DNA of 64,000 nucleotides, taken from positions 3,348-67,347 of the IMG/VR virus record IMGVR_UViG_3300048575_000119; one strand, 5' to 3'. Positions 38,171 through 47,727 of this stretch are shown piece after piece (the stretch's first letter is position 1; each line of letters begins with the position of its first letter). This DNA comes from a virus. Made by a program: the position numbers and the translations under genes. Below the pieces are notes generated by a model. That model was given only the letters and a program-made list of their open reading frames with translations, searched no databases and was not told the DNA's origin.

Positions 38171-40982
38171 TGTACTAGATTGGGAAGGTAGCTTCGACGT
38201 CGAAGCCTTGCTGGATGACAGCGTCCCCGTGGCGTCAAATCCCCCACCCCCTGCGGCTGATCCACCCCCTATGGTCAGCCGTCAGATGGCCCCCGCTACA
38301 TCATCGGATTCCGATGACGACGCAGCATACTTCCTCTCCATAATGCAAACGGAGAGGGAGGTCCCCAATCCCGAGAAGCCTTGGATGAAGCATCACAAGT
38401 TCGTCCTGGTCACCTCGGTTGATCAGATCAACCAGATCGTGGATAGCGCCATCGCGGCTGGCAAGTGCGCCCTCGACCTTGAAACCGAGGGGTTGGACAA
38501 CCGCATCAACTACGACGCGAATGGCGCCCCTCAGACAGTCCATCAGATCGTAGGCTATTGCTTGTCCTATGACGGGCACACGGGTTACTACGTCCCCGTG
38601 GGGCACCGTGTCATCGAGGGCGAGGATAACCCCAACCTCCCTCGCGACGAGGTTAACGCTGCGATCCGCCGCCTTTGCATCGCCGCGCAGCCGGTCATGG
38701 ACCCAAGTGATCCTGACCCCCTTGGAGGTAAGACATGGCTCGAGCCCCCCAAGGTCATCATCGGGTTCTGGCACGCCAAGTTCGACCAGGAGTTCCTCTA
38801 CCCCGTGACAGGGATCGACTTCTATCACCCCGACTCCTTCCACGACGGCTACCTTGCGTCATTCGTCCTCTACACGAATGACGTCCTCGGCCTCAAAGAA
38901 AAGGCGGCGGAAAAGCTCCGGGATCCTGACGGTAACCCTTACGAGATGATCAAGCTCCAAGAGCTATTCATCCGGGGGCGTGACATCGAATTCGCAGAGC
39001 TTGACCCCCGTGAGGAGGGTGTGGTCAAGTACGCTTGTTCTGACGGCATCTGCACCTACAAGCTATGCTTCGAGAGCGACATCCCCACCCGCGTCGCGGA
39101 CAAGAAGTTCACCGGGATCTATCGGCTCGAGAAGCAGGTCTCCCAGGTCATCCGCGTTATGGAGCGCAACCGCGTCAAGATAGACAAGGCCGAGGTCCAG
39201 CGGGTTATGCTGGAGGCCCAGGCCGAACGCGACGAGTATGAGCGGAAGATCCAAGCCTTGGCTGAGAGTAAGGGGTTCCACAACTTCAACCCAGGCTCGA
39301 CCAAGCAGCTCTCCGATTTCCTCTTCGGTGAAGACGGGCTCAACCTCACCCCCAAGCCCGAGAAGAATGAGAAGAGCGGCAACTACAAGACGGACGCCAA
39401 GACGCTTGAGGGGCTCATCGAAGACCTCCCGGAGGATGAGGCCAAGGACAACGTCCTCGTGTGGATCGTCAAGCACCGGCAGATCGACAAGATCCTCGGG
39501 ACGTATTTGACCAACATGGTCAACAACACGGACGAGCTTGACCAGCTCCGGTTCCAATTCAACCAGACCGGGGCTGCTACGGGGCGATTCTCAGCCCCTG
39601 CGGGCGACCCGGCCCACGGCTACGGCGGCGTACCACCCCAGGGCATCCCAAGCCGATCGGACCCCAAGAGGCCCAAGTGCGCCAACAGTCTCCGGCGAAC
39701 GTTCGTCGCTCGGGCGGGCTACACGCTGGCCAAGTGTGACTACGCCGGTCAAGAGCTACGCGTCGTTACGAACCTCTCTGGTGAGCCCGTTTGGATGAAG
39801 GAGTTCATCGAGGGTGACGGTGACCTCCACAGCATCACGGCTCGAGCCTTCTTCGGCAAGGAGGATGTCACAAGCGAGGAGCGTGGCGCCGGTAAGCGCG
39901 CCAACTTCGCCCTGGTCTACGGAGGCGGCCCGGCAGCCATCATGCGCGCCACCGGCTGCAACAAGATCGAAGGCAAGCGCCGCAAGCAAGCCTTCGATAA
40001 GGCCGTTCCGACCTTCGCCAAGTGGGTTGAGAACCAGCACAAGAGCGTCAAGAAGGAGCTGGGGGTTTGCACGGCCTTCGGACGGTGGCTCGCTATCCCT
40101 GACGCCAACAGCCCCGACCACCAAATCCAGGCCGCTTGCGAACGATACTCGACGAACTACCCGATCCAGGGCTCAGGCTCCGACATCATGAAGATCTCGC
40201 TCGTGAAGATGCACAAGGAATTCACGAAGCGTGGTTGGCTCAAGGTAGGCGGGGACGATTCGGTTCGGATGCTTTTGACGGTTCACGACGAGGTGGTCTT
40301 CGAGATTCGGCATGACCTTGTGCCGATCGTCATCCCGGTCATTGTTGAGATCATGGAGTCACCGACCTTCATGGCGCGGCCTGCTTGGAAGGTCCCGCTG
40401 GTTGTAGAGCCGCTTCTCGGGCTTGCCTGGGACGGCAAGTATGACTGGGGCAAGATGCGGCATGGGCGCAAGGCGAAGCCCAATGAGCAGCCGAAAGAGA
40501 AGGAGTACGCGGTTGAGGATCGGATCTACCAGTGTGTTCCACCATGGCTCACTGACATTCTTGCTTTCAAGGGAGGTCATCTTGTGAAGCCTGGCACCGA
40601 TGAGCTGCCCGAAGCCCCGAGCCCTGCGGTTGTAGAGGCCATCGCCAATGCGGTAGCGTCCGTCCCGGTCAAACCCGCAGAGGTCAAACCTACGTCGGCC
40701 CCGCCCCCGGCTGTGCCGCCTCCGCCCGCGCCCGTAGCAACACAGGATGGGGGGCTTGCGGAGTTTTGCATCGAGACCCTGACGCGCAACACGGCCAGGA
40801 TCGTGAGCGTTGTTTGTATGGAGGCTCGGGATGTCGACGCGGGCAAGGTTCTGCGCCTGGTGGACATCCATGGCAATCTGCTGGTGGACCCGCGCCTCCA
40901 AATCCGCGTAGACCCTGACCATTTCCTCCGGGAGATGCGAAAGTACAACCTTGGAGTTGGCAGAATCCTCGGGAAGAGCTAA
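38163..40982 (+). CDS. polA: DNA polymerase, family A, with a 3'-5' exonuclease domain
   Basis: Exo ALDLETEGL, HAKFD, YACSD; Pol DYAGQELR, GKRANFALVYG, LTVHDEVVFE; GAGGAGG RBS. Confidence 0.92.
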   Translation: MPDVLDWEGSFDVEALLDDSVPVASNPPPPAADPPPMVSRQMAPATSSDSDDDAAYFLSIMQTEREVPNPEKPWMKHHKFVLVTSVDQINQIVDSAIAAGKCALDLETEGLDNRINYDANGAPQTVHQIVGYCLSYDGHTGYYVPVGHRVIEGEDNPNLPRDEVNAAIRRLCIAAQPVMDPSDPDPLGGKTWLEPPKVIIGFWHAKFDQEFLYPVTGIDFYHPDSFHDGYLASFVLYTNDVLGLKEKAAEKLRDPDGNPYEMIKLQELFIRGRDIEFAELDPREEGVVKYACSDGICTYKLCFESDIPTRVADKKFTGIYRLEKQVSQVIRVMERNRVKIDKAEVQRVMLEAQAERDEYERKIQALAESKGFHNFNPGSTKQLSDFLFGEDGLNLTPKPEKNEKSGNYKTDAKTLEGLIEDLPEDEAKDNVLVWIVKHRQIDKILGTYLTNMVNNTDELDQLRFQFNQTGAATGRFSAPAGDPAHGYGGVPPQGIPSRSDPKRPKCANSLRRTFVARAGYTLAKCDYAGQELRVVTNLSGEPVWMKEFIEGDGDLHSITARAFFGKEDVTSEERGAGKRANFALVYGGGPAAIMRATGCNKIEGKRRKQAFDKAVPTFAKWVENQHKSVKKELGVCTAFGRWLAIPDANSPDHQIQAACERYSTNYPIQGSGSDIMKISLVKMHKEFTKRGWLKVGGDDSVRMLLTVHDEVVFEIRHDLVPIVIPVIVEIMESPTFMARPAWKVPLVVEPLLGLAWDGKYDWGKMRHGRKAKPNEQPKEKEYAVEDRIYQCVPPWLTDILAFKGGHLVKPGTDELPEAPSPAVVEAIANAVASVPVKPAEVKPTSAPPPAVPPPPAPVATQDGGLAEFCIETLTRNTARIVSVVCMEARDVDAGKVLRLVDIHGNLLVDPRLQIRVDPDHFLREMRKYNLGVGRILGKS

Positions 40983-40994
40983 CTTGAGGTGGCA

Positions 40995-41474
40995 ATGAGT
41001 GACTTCATCACGGAATGCAACGAGTACAAGGTCCCTGAACAGGACTTCGTTGGGGCGTGGTGTTCACGATGTCGCCGTGAGGATTGTGTTCGGAGCAGCC
41101 AAGGGACGAGCCGCTTTGACGTGCGTACCAAGACGTGGCAAGAGCGGCTCTTCACCAAGGTCCCGAAGCTGCCCGAAACCGATCCTCGCTTCCCTGGGAT
41201 TGCTGCCAAGATGTTTCAGGAGACGGACAAGACCGTGCAAGCGCATGGATGGGATGCCCCTCCGCCGCCAATGCCTGAACCATCTCAAGTAGAATCGCCT
41301 CCGCCCGCGCCGGTTTCTGTGGGGCAATACACGAGGGCGCCCAATCAATCGGGGCGTGTCTTAGGCACGGCCCCGGCCGGTTGGACCCCGAAGGAAGCTG
41401 TTATTCGACCTGGGACCCGCATCAAACTTGGTGGTGGCGGTGTAGGAGAGGGCAGCGACGGAAGTAAGGCATAG
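40995..41474 (+). CDS. Hypothetical protein
   Basis: GAGG RBS; C...WCSRC...C N-terminus and Pro-rich C-terminus. Confidence 0.55.
   Translation: MSDFITECNEYKVPEQDFVGAWCSRCRREDCVRSSQGTSRFDVRTKTWQERLFTKVPKLPETDPRFPGIAAKMFQETDKTVQAHGWDAPPPPMPEPSQVESPPPAPVSVGQYTRAPNQSGRVLGTAPAGWTPKEAVIRPGTRIKLGGGGVGEGSDGSKA
41438..41445 (+). promoter_or_regulatory. YGGTGTAG element
   Basis: CGGTGTAG 41 nt before ATG 41487, which has an AGGAG SD. Confidence 0.45.
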
Positions 41475-41486
41475 GAGACCATCACC

Positions 41487-41669
41487 ATGGGTATGCGATT
41501 CAAGGCAGTCATTAGGAAAGACGGCAAGGTTGTGACCGAGGTACTGGAGCGCGGTGAGCACCTCTGCACCGAGGTCTACAAGGTCACCAACGCGATCGGC
41601 AAGCAGCTATCGGACGAACACACTGGCCCAGAAGGGGACCGTGTTGAGGAGATCAACGGAGGGAGCTGA
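41487..41669 (+). CDS. DUF2997-like small protein
   Basis: FKAVIRKDGKVVTEV...G..C pattern; next to DUF1257-like and Ycf46-like genes. Confidence 0.6.
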   Translation: MGMRFKAVIRKDGKVVTEVLERGEHLCTEVYKVTNAIGKQLSDEHTGPEGDRVEEINGGS

Positions 41670-41715
41670 GAACGCGCCTCGACCCCCCACAACGTCAGTC
41701 ACAGGAGAGTGGATC

Positions 41716-42042
41716 ATGTCACGAAGAGTTACCACCAAGACCGAGATCAAGGACAAGGCGCTGGCCGAACAGGCGCTCAAGCTCGCCAACATGCACTACC
41801 GGGATGAAGGCGACGCGCTTTACATCACCTCGGGTGCCCTCGCGAACGCACGCATCAACCTCACCACGGGTGAGGTTAGCGGCGACACGGACTACCGCCA
41901 TAGCCAGGAGAGCCTTGGGGCGATCCGGCAATTCTATGGTGAGGCGAAGTACCGCCAGGAATGCTTGCGACAGGGCATCACGATCGAATCCCGGACCGTC
42001 AATCGTGAGGGGGACATCGAGCTGGTCTGCATGACGGCCTGA
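41716..42042 (+). CDS. DUF1257 (Ycf35)-like protein
   Basis: MSRRVTTKTEIKDKALAEQAL...IRQFYGEAKY...QGITI...EGDIELV; AGGAG RBS. Confidence 0.6.
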   Translation: MSRRVTTKTEIKDKALAEQALKLANMHYRDEGDALYITSGALANARINLTTGEVSGDTDYRHSQESLGAIRQFYGEAKYRQECLRQGITIESRTVNREGDIELVCMTA

Positions 42043-42065
42043 TCCCATCATCGACGGTGTCGTAA

Positions 42066-42095
42066 CGAAGCCCGCGCAAAAGATCGCGGGCTTCG
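42066..42095 (+). terminator. Strong stem-loop, probable terminator or processing hairpin
   Basis: CGAAGCCCGCG-caaaagat-CGCGGGCTTCG, 11 bp; weak U-tract; followed by TGGTGTAG. Confidence 0.55.
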
Positions 42096-42102
42096 GTCTA
42101 TC

Positions 42103-42110
42103 TGGTGTAG
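42103..42110 (+). promoter_or_regulatory. YGGTGTAG element
   Basis: TGGTGTAG right after the hairpin, 22 nt before ATG 42133 (AGGAG SD). Confidence 0.6.
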
Positions 42111-42132
42111 CAGTTGCTAGGAGAAAACAGCA

Positions 42133-43689
42133 ATGAGCCCCGACCTCGAATTCCTACTACGATCCTTGACCCGTATGATCTACGTCGTGACGGACGAGGA
42201 AGATCAATTCATTCGAACCTTCCAGAAGAAACTCTCGAAGTTTGAGAAGCAGACCTGGGTTTACAATGCGGCGCTCGGCCTTGTTCCCATCGGGCAGCTC
42301 ACCAAGGATTGGCAGAACCGCGCGCACCAAGAGATCCCGGCGACGATGAGCATCCATGAGGCGCTCATCCAGATCTACAAGAATGACCCGCAAGACGGGC
42401 AGCATTTCTATATCATCACGGACCCCGAGCGGTGGCTTCGTGACGAACACGTGCAGCGCCGGATCTTGAACGTCGCGCATCAGCTTCACAACAACATCAA
42501 GGTCGTCAAGCTGATGATCTTCGTCGGCCCCCGCAAATACATCCCCGAGAAGCTCTCGCGGTACATCGAGGTCGTGAATGAGCGCGGGCTTACGCCGGAG
42601 GAGATCACCGAGCTTGCGACCGAGACGTGTACGCGCCTCAAGATCGACGTTCCCGAGGACGCGCCTCGGATCTTCCAAGGGCTCACGCACTATGAATGCA
42701 TCTCGGCCATTGCGCAGAGCTACATCAAGACGCGCAAGACGACCCGCAAGGTCGATCCGGCATACATCGCGCAATTCAAGCGCAACCAGATCAAGAAGAC
42801 GGACCTGCTCCAATTCGTCGACACGACAACGACCTTCGATGACGTTGGCGGCAACGATCGCTTCAAGGAATGGGCCTTGGAGACCAAGGCTGCCTGGACC
42901 GAGCAAGGTCGCGCCTACGGCTTGAAGCCCCCGAAGGGCGTACTAGCGGTCGGCGTATGGGGCTGCGGTAAGTCCCTCTCGGTCAAGGCTATGGGGTCGG
43001 CTTGGAACCTCCCGGTGGTCCAGCTTGAAATGGGGAAGCTACGCTCGAGCGGCGTCGGCGAATCCGAAGCCAACGTCTACCGGGCAACGCGGCTCATTGA
43101 AGCCATCGCGCCTTGCATCGTATGGGTTGACGAAGCTGAGAAGAGCTTGGCGGGTAACGCATCCTCGGGGCAGAGCGACGCGGGTACGACGTCACGCACG
43201 ATCGGCATCTTGTCGACTTGGCTGCAAGAGACCACGGCGCCGATCTGCATGGCGATGACGGCCAACAGCCTCACTACGATGCCGGTCGAATTCGTCAACC
43301 GCATGGACGAGCGCTTCTTCTTCGACATCCCGAGCGAAGAGGAACGCATGGCGATCCTCAAGATTCACCTCCGGAAGGCGGGGCAGAGTCCGGACAACTA
43401 CGACCTTGCGACCTTGGCCGAGAAGTCCAACAACATGGTCGGCCGTGAGATCGAGCAAGCCATCCAGGCGGCCATGATCAAGAGCTTCAACGCCAAGAAG
43501 CCGAGCCTTGACGAGGGCATCCTCATCGACGTGTTCGCCCACAAGCCTCGGATTCTCCGGACCATGGCGGACGAGATGAAGGCGATCACCGAATGGGTGG
43601 GATACGATCCCGACGCCCAGGAGGGTATCCGCGCCCGTCTCGCCTCCGGGTCACGCAGCGCCTCTTTCCGGGTGGTCAACGGGTCATGA
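42133..43689 (+). CDS. Ycf46-like AAA+ ATPase
   Basis: N-terminal LLRSLTRMIYVVTDEE; Walker A GVWGCGKSL; Walker B VWVDEAEK; RMDERFFFDIP. Confidence 0.8.
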   Translation: MSPDLEFLLRSLTRMIYVVTDEEDQFIRTFQKKLSKFEKQTWVYNAALGLVPIGQLTKDWQNRAHQEIPATMSIHEALIQIYKNDPQDGQHFYIITDPERWLRDEHVQRRILNVAHQLHNNIKVVKLMIFVGPRKYIPEKLSRYIEVVNERGLTPEEITELATETCTRLKIDVPEDAPRIFQGLTHYECISAIAQSYIKTRKTTRKVDPAYIAQFKRNQIKKTDLLQFVDTTTTFDDVGGNDRFKEWALETKAAWTEQGRAYGLKPPKGVLAVGVWGCGKSLSVKAMGSAWNLPVVQLEMGKLRSSGVGESEANVYRATRLIEAIAPCIVWVDEAEKSLAGNASSGQSDAGTTSRTIGILSTWLQETTAPICMAMTANSLTTMPVEFVNRMDERFFFDIPSEEERMAILKIHLRKAGQSPDNYDLATLAEKSNNMVGREIEQAIQAAMIKSFNAKKPSLDEGILIDVFAHKPRILRTMADEMKAITEWVGYDPDAQEGIRARLASGSRSASFRVVNGS

Positions 43690-44852
43690 GTGACCTTCAA
43701 AAGGGACCCTCCCAGGAGCTTCTGCTTAACGCTCGGGTTCTCATCAACAATGACCCCGAGCTTCAGGAGCTATTTCAGACGGCCCTACGCGAGAGCAAGG
43801 ATGCCGAATGGTTGGCAGACAACCTGGGCATCCGCCTCTCGGCTCGATGGGGCGGGCATGACTTCGACGCGGCTATGGCGGTCGCGTCGAGCCTCACGGC
43901 GGAATTCTTCGCCCACCCCGACCGTGGGATCTCCATCGTCAACACCTCCACGGGGGCTGTCGTTGGCACCTACAGCCCGGAGGACGTCTACACTCCGGCT
44001 CCGGTCCCCCGGGAGTCCGGGGGCTTGGCGCAGCCGCTACCACGCCTCCGCCCGGAGATTGAGGCTGCCCTTGTTGTCAACACGCACAACGCCGCCCGTG
44101 AGGAGCAGACAATTGCGGCCGTCCTGGCTAAGACGCCCTCTACAGCGCTTCAGCAGGCAGAGGGTGACCGAAGGCTTCAGGTGCTCACCAAGGGCGGCCG
44201 TGAGCGCCTCCTCGCCGAGATACCGGGCATGATCCAGGACCGCCTGTTCAACAAGACCGCCAGGGCGGCTATGCGCGACGAGAACCTCTCCGCATTCGAG
44301 ATGTTGGCCCGCGTGGTCAAGACAGAACCCAAAGAGCCTGGAACCACCCACCTCGTGGAATCCAGGGTGGTTGTACCCATCCAAGACTTGCAAACGACCA
44401 ATCTCCACTACAGCGCTCACGAAAGGATCGTCTCGGCGGTTCTTGGGGATTGGGCGAGATTTCTTGGGGTGCTCTACGTAGAGCGCGCGCAATCCGATCG
44501 AGTCTTTGAGGGGATGCCTGATCCCGAGGAGACGACGTTGGAAGAGCTGGCGGCGCTTCCGTGCCTTTGCTGGATTGCCCCTCAAGATGTCGCGGTTCGG
44601 TTTCAAGCCATGGTTCGTCCCCGGCGCGTCATTGCCACGCCTCTTTGGGGTCCCTTGGTGGATGTCATGGCGCGGTCCGTTACGGCCATACCGCAGATCG
44701 AATCCATGGACATCAAGAGCATCGAGTACAATGACCGCTGGGCGATCGTCGTCACCACATCGCTCAAGCTATGGTGGGAACACCCCAATCACTTCACGGC
44801 TCGCCACGTTGCGCAGCCGCCCGCCGAAGGACGCGCTGAAGTTCTGCGCTGA
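43686..44852 (+). CDS. Hypothetical protein
   Basis: About 388 aa, ATGA-coupled to the AAA stop. Confidence 0.6.
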   Translation: MSDLQKGPSQELLLNARVLINNDPELQELFQTALRESKDAEWLADNLGIRLSARWGGHDFDAAMAVASSLTAEFFAHPDRGISIVNTSTGAVVGTYSPEDVYTPAPVPRESGGLAQPLPRLRPEIEAALVVNTHNAAREEQTIAAVLAKTPSTALQQAEGDRRLQVLTKGGRERLLAEIPGMIQDRLFNKTARAAMRDENLSAFEMLARVVKTEPKEPGTTHLVESRVVVPIQDLQTTNLHYSAHERIVSAVLGDWARFLGVLYVERAQSDRVFEGMPDPEETTLEELAALPCLCWIAPQDVAVRFQAMVRPRRVIATPLWGPLVDVMARSVTAIPQIESMDIKSIEYNDRWAIVVTTSLKLWWEHPNHFTARHVAQPPAEGRAEVLR

Positions 44853-44878
44853 GAATGCGTTTATGCCTGGCAACAGGT

Positions 44879-45238
44879 ATGAGCATCTCTGACGTAACCA
44901 CAACAGGTCTACAAGGGGCGCTAGCCACGATCACGGGGACGGGATTTGGAGCCTCGCGGGGCTCCTCCATGCTGCTCTTCTATCCGGGGGCGCTTAAGGC
45001 GGTAGTGCCTATCCTGCCGTTGACGTGGAGCGATACCGTCATCACGGCCAACATCCCCACCAATGCGACCATCACGACCGAGGCATACTTCGCGGTTCAG
45101 CTTGCGGACGGTAGCGCCGGGTCGCGATCGGAGAGCTTCGCTGTCACGCAAGGCGCGGTAGCGGCCATCACGGTCTACGCTACGGACACAACGGTTACGG
45201 CTAAGCCCGGGTCCACCGGCGAAGAAGTGGAGATGTAG
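44879..45238 (+). CDS. Small IPT/TIG (Ig-like) domain protein
   Basis: ATITGTGFG...TWSDTVITANIP...FAVQ motif. Confidence 0.5.
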   Translation: MSISDVTTTGLQGALATITGTGFGASRGSSMLLFYPGALKAVVPILPLTWSDTVITANIPTNATITTEAYFAVQLADGSAGSRSESFAVTQGAVAAITVYATDTTVTAKPGSTGEEVEM

Positions 45239-45239
45239 T

Positions 45240-45449
45240 ATGGCAACAGTCGTTCTACCTATCAAGGCAGGCTGGAAGACCCCAATCGGAACCATCCAAG
45301 GCGGCTCCGAACCTTACTTGACCTCTTGGGAGCAAACAGACGACCACCCTCTGGTTCTTTCGGTTTTGGCAAGTGCCATCCGCCCTTCTGGTGTACTGAC
45401 TCAACGGTACATACAGCGCGTGCTAGGTAGCGCGACGAGGGAAGAGTGA
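45240..45449 (+). CDS. Hypothetical protein
   Basis: GGAG RBS, tightly packed. Confidence 0.5.
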   Translation: MATVVLPIKAGWKTPIGTIQGGSEPYLTSWEQTDDHPLVLSVLASAIRPSGVLTQRYIQRVLGSATREE

Positions 45450-45685
45450 TGGGATACTGGTCTATTGCGTGTCACGCAAGTCGTGAAGTGTACGTCAAGG
45501 AGGCGGACGTGGTCTTGGGTCCTGGTGACAACGTGTTCACGGTTGTCACCCCCAACCTTGATCGACTCATTGATTGGCTTGAAGCGCAAGGGGCGACCGT
45601 GCGCTGCATGCATTGTCTTGACACACATGAGGCCCTACATGAACCCGTCCAACTTCAAGCAGCAAGTCAAGACCTCCCTTCTTGA
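45446..45685 (+). CDS. Hypothetical protein
   Basis: GAGG RBS, overlaps the upstream stop. Confidence 0.5.
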   Translation: MMGYWSIACHASREVYVKEADVVLGPGDNVFTVVTPNLDRLIDWLEAQGATVRCMHCLDTHEALHEPVQLQAASQDLPS

Positions 45686-45863
45686 ATCCAGGATGCGCCG
45701 GGTGGGGCCGATCATGGTTGGACCCATCTCCGTAGAATTCCACCTTCGACTCTCCGTAGCCGAAGAGGTCCTCGAGGAGCTTGTTGACGACAAGGTCCTC
45801 CGCCGCGCAACGCCCGCCGAAAAACGCCAGTACGATATCCAGGGTGGTTACTTCCTGGTGTAG
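45639..45863 (+). CDS. Small winged-helix-like protein; start uncertain
   Basis: PISVEFHLRLSVAEEVLEELVDDKVLRR pattern; ends in GTG TAG. Confidence 0.45.
   Translation: MNPSNFKQQVKTSLLESRMRRVGPIMVGPISVEFHLRLSVAEEVLEELVDDKVLRRATPAEKRQYDIQGGYFLV
45856..45863 (+). promoter_or_regulatory. YGGTGTAG element
   Basis: TGGTGTAG, 9 nt, GTG 45873. Confidence 0.55.
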
Positions 45864-45872
45864 TACCTGCCC

Positions 45873-46172
45873 GTGGGAATCCGGGCAGAAAAACAGCGCT
45901 ACGTCAGCATCATCCAGCTACACGCGAAGTCCAAGGGTTTCAAGCCCGAAGAGGTCGCGCGTCTTGTAGCGATGGTTCGGTCTTGCAAGACCGATGAGGC
46001 GCTTGCGCAAGTCAAGACGGCCATCTGGGACGTCCTTGGGGATAAACCCCCAGACACGGCCACGCGCCTTCTGGTTGAAGACCTATTCGAGCGTGCGGAA
46101 GAGCCCGAGGATCCCCCAGCCTTGCGGGAGGCCCTTGCCCGCTCCCAAGTCAACCTCAAGGACTATCGATGA
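45873..46172 (+). CDS. Hypothetical protein
   Basis: 99 aa helical ORF, ATGA-coupled to the next gene. Confidence 0.55.
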   Translation: MGIRAEKQRYVSIIQLHAKSKGFKPEEVARLVAMVRSCKTDEALAQVKTAIWDVLGDKPPDTATRLLVEDLFERAEEPEDPPALREALARSQVNLKDYR

Positions 46173-46720
46173 CCAAGACGATTCTCATCGACGCGGATGG
46201 CGTCCTATTCGACTTCATCACACCCTTCCTCGCCCTGGGTAACCGGATCGCCGGGACCCAGATCACCCGGGAGGACATCACTACGTGGGACATCCTCCCA
46301 CACTTCCCCGAAGCCCACCGGGAGGAGATTCTCGGGATCATGGGCTCGGAGGGGTGGTGTTACGACCTGCCGGTCCTTCCGGGGGCGGAGGAGGCATTGG
46401 CAGCGCTCCGGGAGATGGGGAGGGTCTATTGCGTCACGTCCCCTTGGTCGTCACGCACGTGGACGTATGAGCGAACGCTGGCCCTCAAGGACAAGCTGGG
46501 CTTCGACCCCCATGACGTCCTTCACGTCTCCGCCAAGCACCTCGTTAAAGGAGACGTGCTTATCGACGACAAGTACTCCACGTTGGAGGCTTGGAAGGAC
46601 GCCTTCCCCAACGGCACAGCCATCTTGATCCACATGCCGTACAACGCGTCGATCCCCTACAACCCACACATCTGGCGGGCGAAGAATTGGGACGACGTCC
46701 TAACCCTATCAAGGATCTGA
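46169..46720 (+). CDS. 5'(3')-deoxyribonucleotidase (HAD, NT5C family)
   Basis: ILIDADGVLFDF, YCVTSP, GDVLIDD, PYN. Confidence 0.85.
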   Translation: MTKTILIDADGVLFDFITPFLALGNRIAGTQITREDITTWDILPHFPEAHREEILGIMGSEGWCYDLPVLPGAEEALAALREMGRVYCVTSPWSSRTWTYERTLALKDKLGFDPHDVLHVSAKHLVKGDVLIDDKYSTLEAWKDAFPNGTAILIHMPYNASIPYNPHIWRAKNWDDVLTLSRI

Positions 46721-46721
46721 G

Positions 46722-47456
46722 ATGATTTCACCGTGGCAGGAAGCGACACTTGAAGACCGTAAGGCCGACTTGGAAGCCACTATTCAATCGCTTCGCAAGT
46801 ACACCGGCACCATCGCGGCACAAACCTTGGCAGTACGCGAGAGGGAACTCGCGGAAATCAACCGGAGAATACAGATGAACAGCAGCAAAGTCGTAGCGCA
46901 CGAGCCCCCGGCCGCAATCACCCCCGTGACGACGATCAAGTACCTCAAGGATCCGGCCCGGCACCTCGTTGAGAGCGGGTTGCTTCAAGAGATCAACCGG
47001 ACCCTCATGCACCCCCTGGGGCTCGCCCTCGCGGTGGAGTGGCCGGAGACGCCGGAGGAGGAGGCGCTTGCGGCCAAATCCGAAAGCGCGGGGATCAGGA
47101 TCTGGGACAATCAAAACGACCCCGAAGGGATCATCTACGATGACTCCTGCCTGACGGAAGAGCGTCGCGAGCGGTTCTGTAAGACGGTCGAAGCTGCCCT
47201 TCCCCTCTTGCAGACACGGCTCAAGATCCTTGGGTACGTCGTCCAGGGGTCAACGATCGAGGACGAAGCCAAACGCGCCTACAAGGCGTATGGCGCCAGC
47301 ACGGGCGGTAAGAACTTCCGGGGCGATCCTATGCCCAAGTGGGATGAGCTGCCTGGGGCTATCCGTGAGGCGTGGCGTCACACCGTAGGGACCATTCTAG
47401 GGCTGGCTGGGGCCGGACGTCCAACCGTTCCAGACCCGGTCGGATGGGAGCCGTGA
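46722..47456 (+). CDS. Hypothetical modular protein
   Basis: 244 aa; GLLQEINRTLMHPLGLALAV block and C-terminal AYKAY...GDPMPKWDELP..IREAW block. Confidence 0.55.
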   Translation: MISPWQEATLEDRKADLEATIQSLRKYTGTIAAQTLAVRERELAEINRRIQMNSSKVVAHEPPAAITPVTTIKYLKDPARHLVESGLLQEINRTLMHPLGLALAVEWPETPEEEALAAKSESAGIRIWDNQNDPEGIIYDDSCLTEERRERFCKTVEAALPLLQTRLKILGYVVQGSTIEDEAKRAYKAYGASTGGKNFRGDPMPKWDELPGAIREAWRHTVGTILGLAGAGRPTVPDPVGWEP

Positions 47457-47457
47457 T

Positions 47458-47727
47458 ATGCGCAAGCTCTACCGATACTTCAGCGATTGTGGGCGTATGG
47501 GCAACATCGAGGGGCTCTTCGTCGCCGAAGAGGATGAGGTCAAGGCCGCCATCGGTAAGCACGTCTACTTCGGAGAGATCCTTGGTAAGCATTCCGAGAT
47601 CTGCGGCGACATTGATGCCGACGAGATCGTCGCCTTGACGGACGACCAGGATTTCATCGACAAGGCCATCGCCTGCAATGTCGTGCCGACAGGCTACAAC
47701 CCATTGAAATACTTGGGGAACGGATGA
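47458..47727 (+). CDS. Hypothetical protein
   Basis: 89 aa; DCGRMGNIEGLFVA; packed between neighbours. Confidence 0.6.
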   Translation: MRKLYRYFSDCGRMGNIEGLFVAEEDEVKAAIGKHVYFGEILGKHSEICGDIDADEIVALTDDQDFIDKAIACNVVPTGYNPLKYLGNG

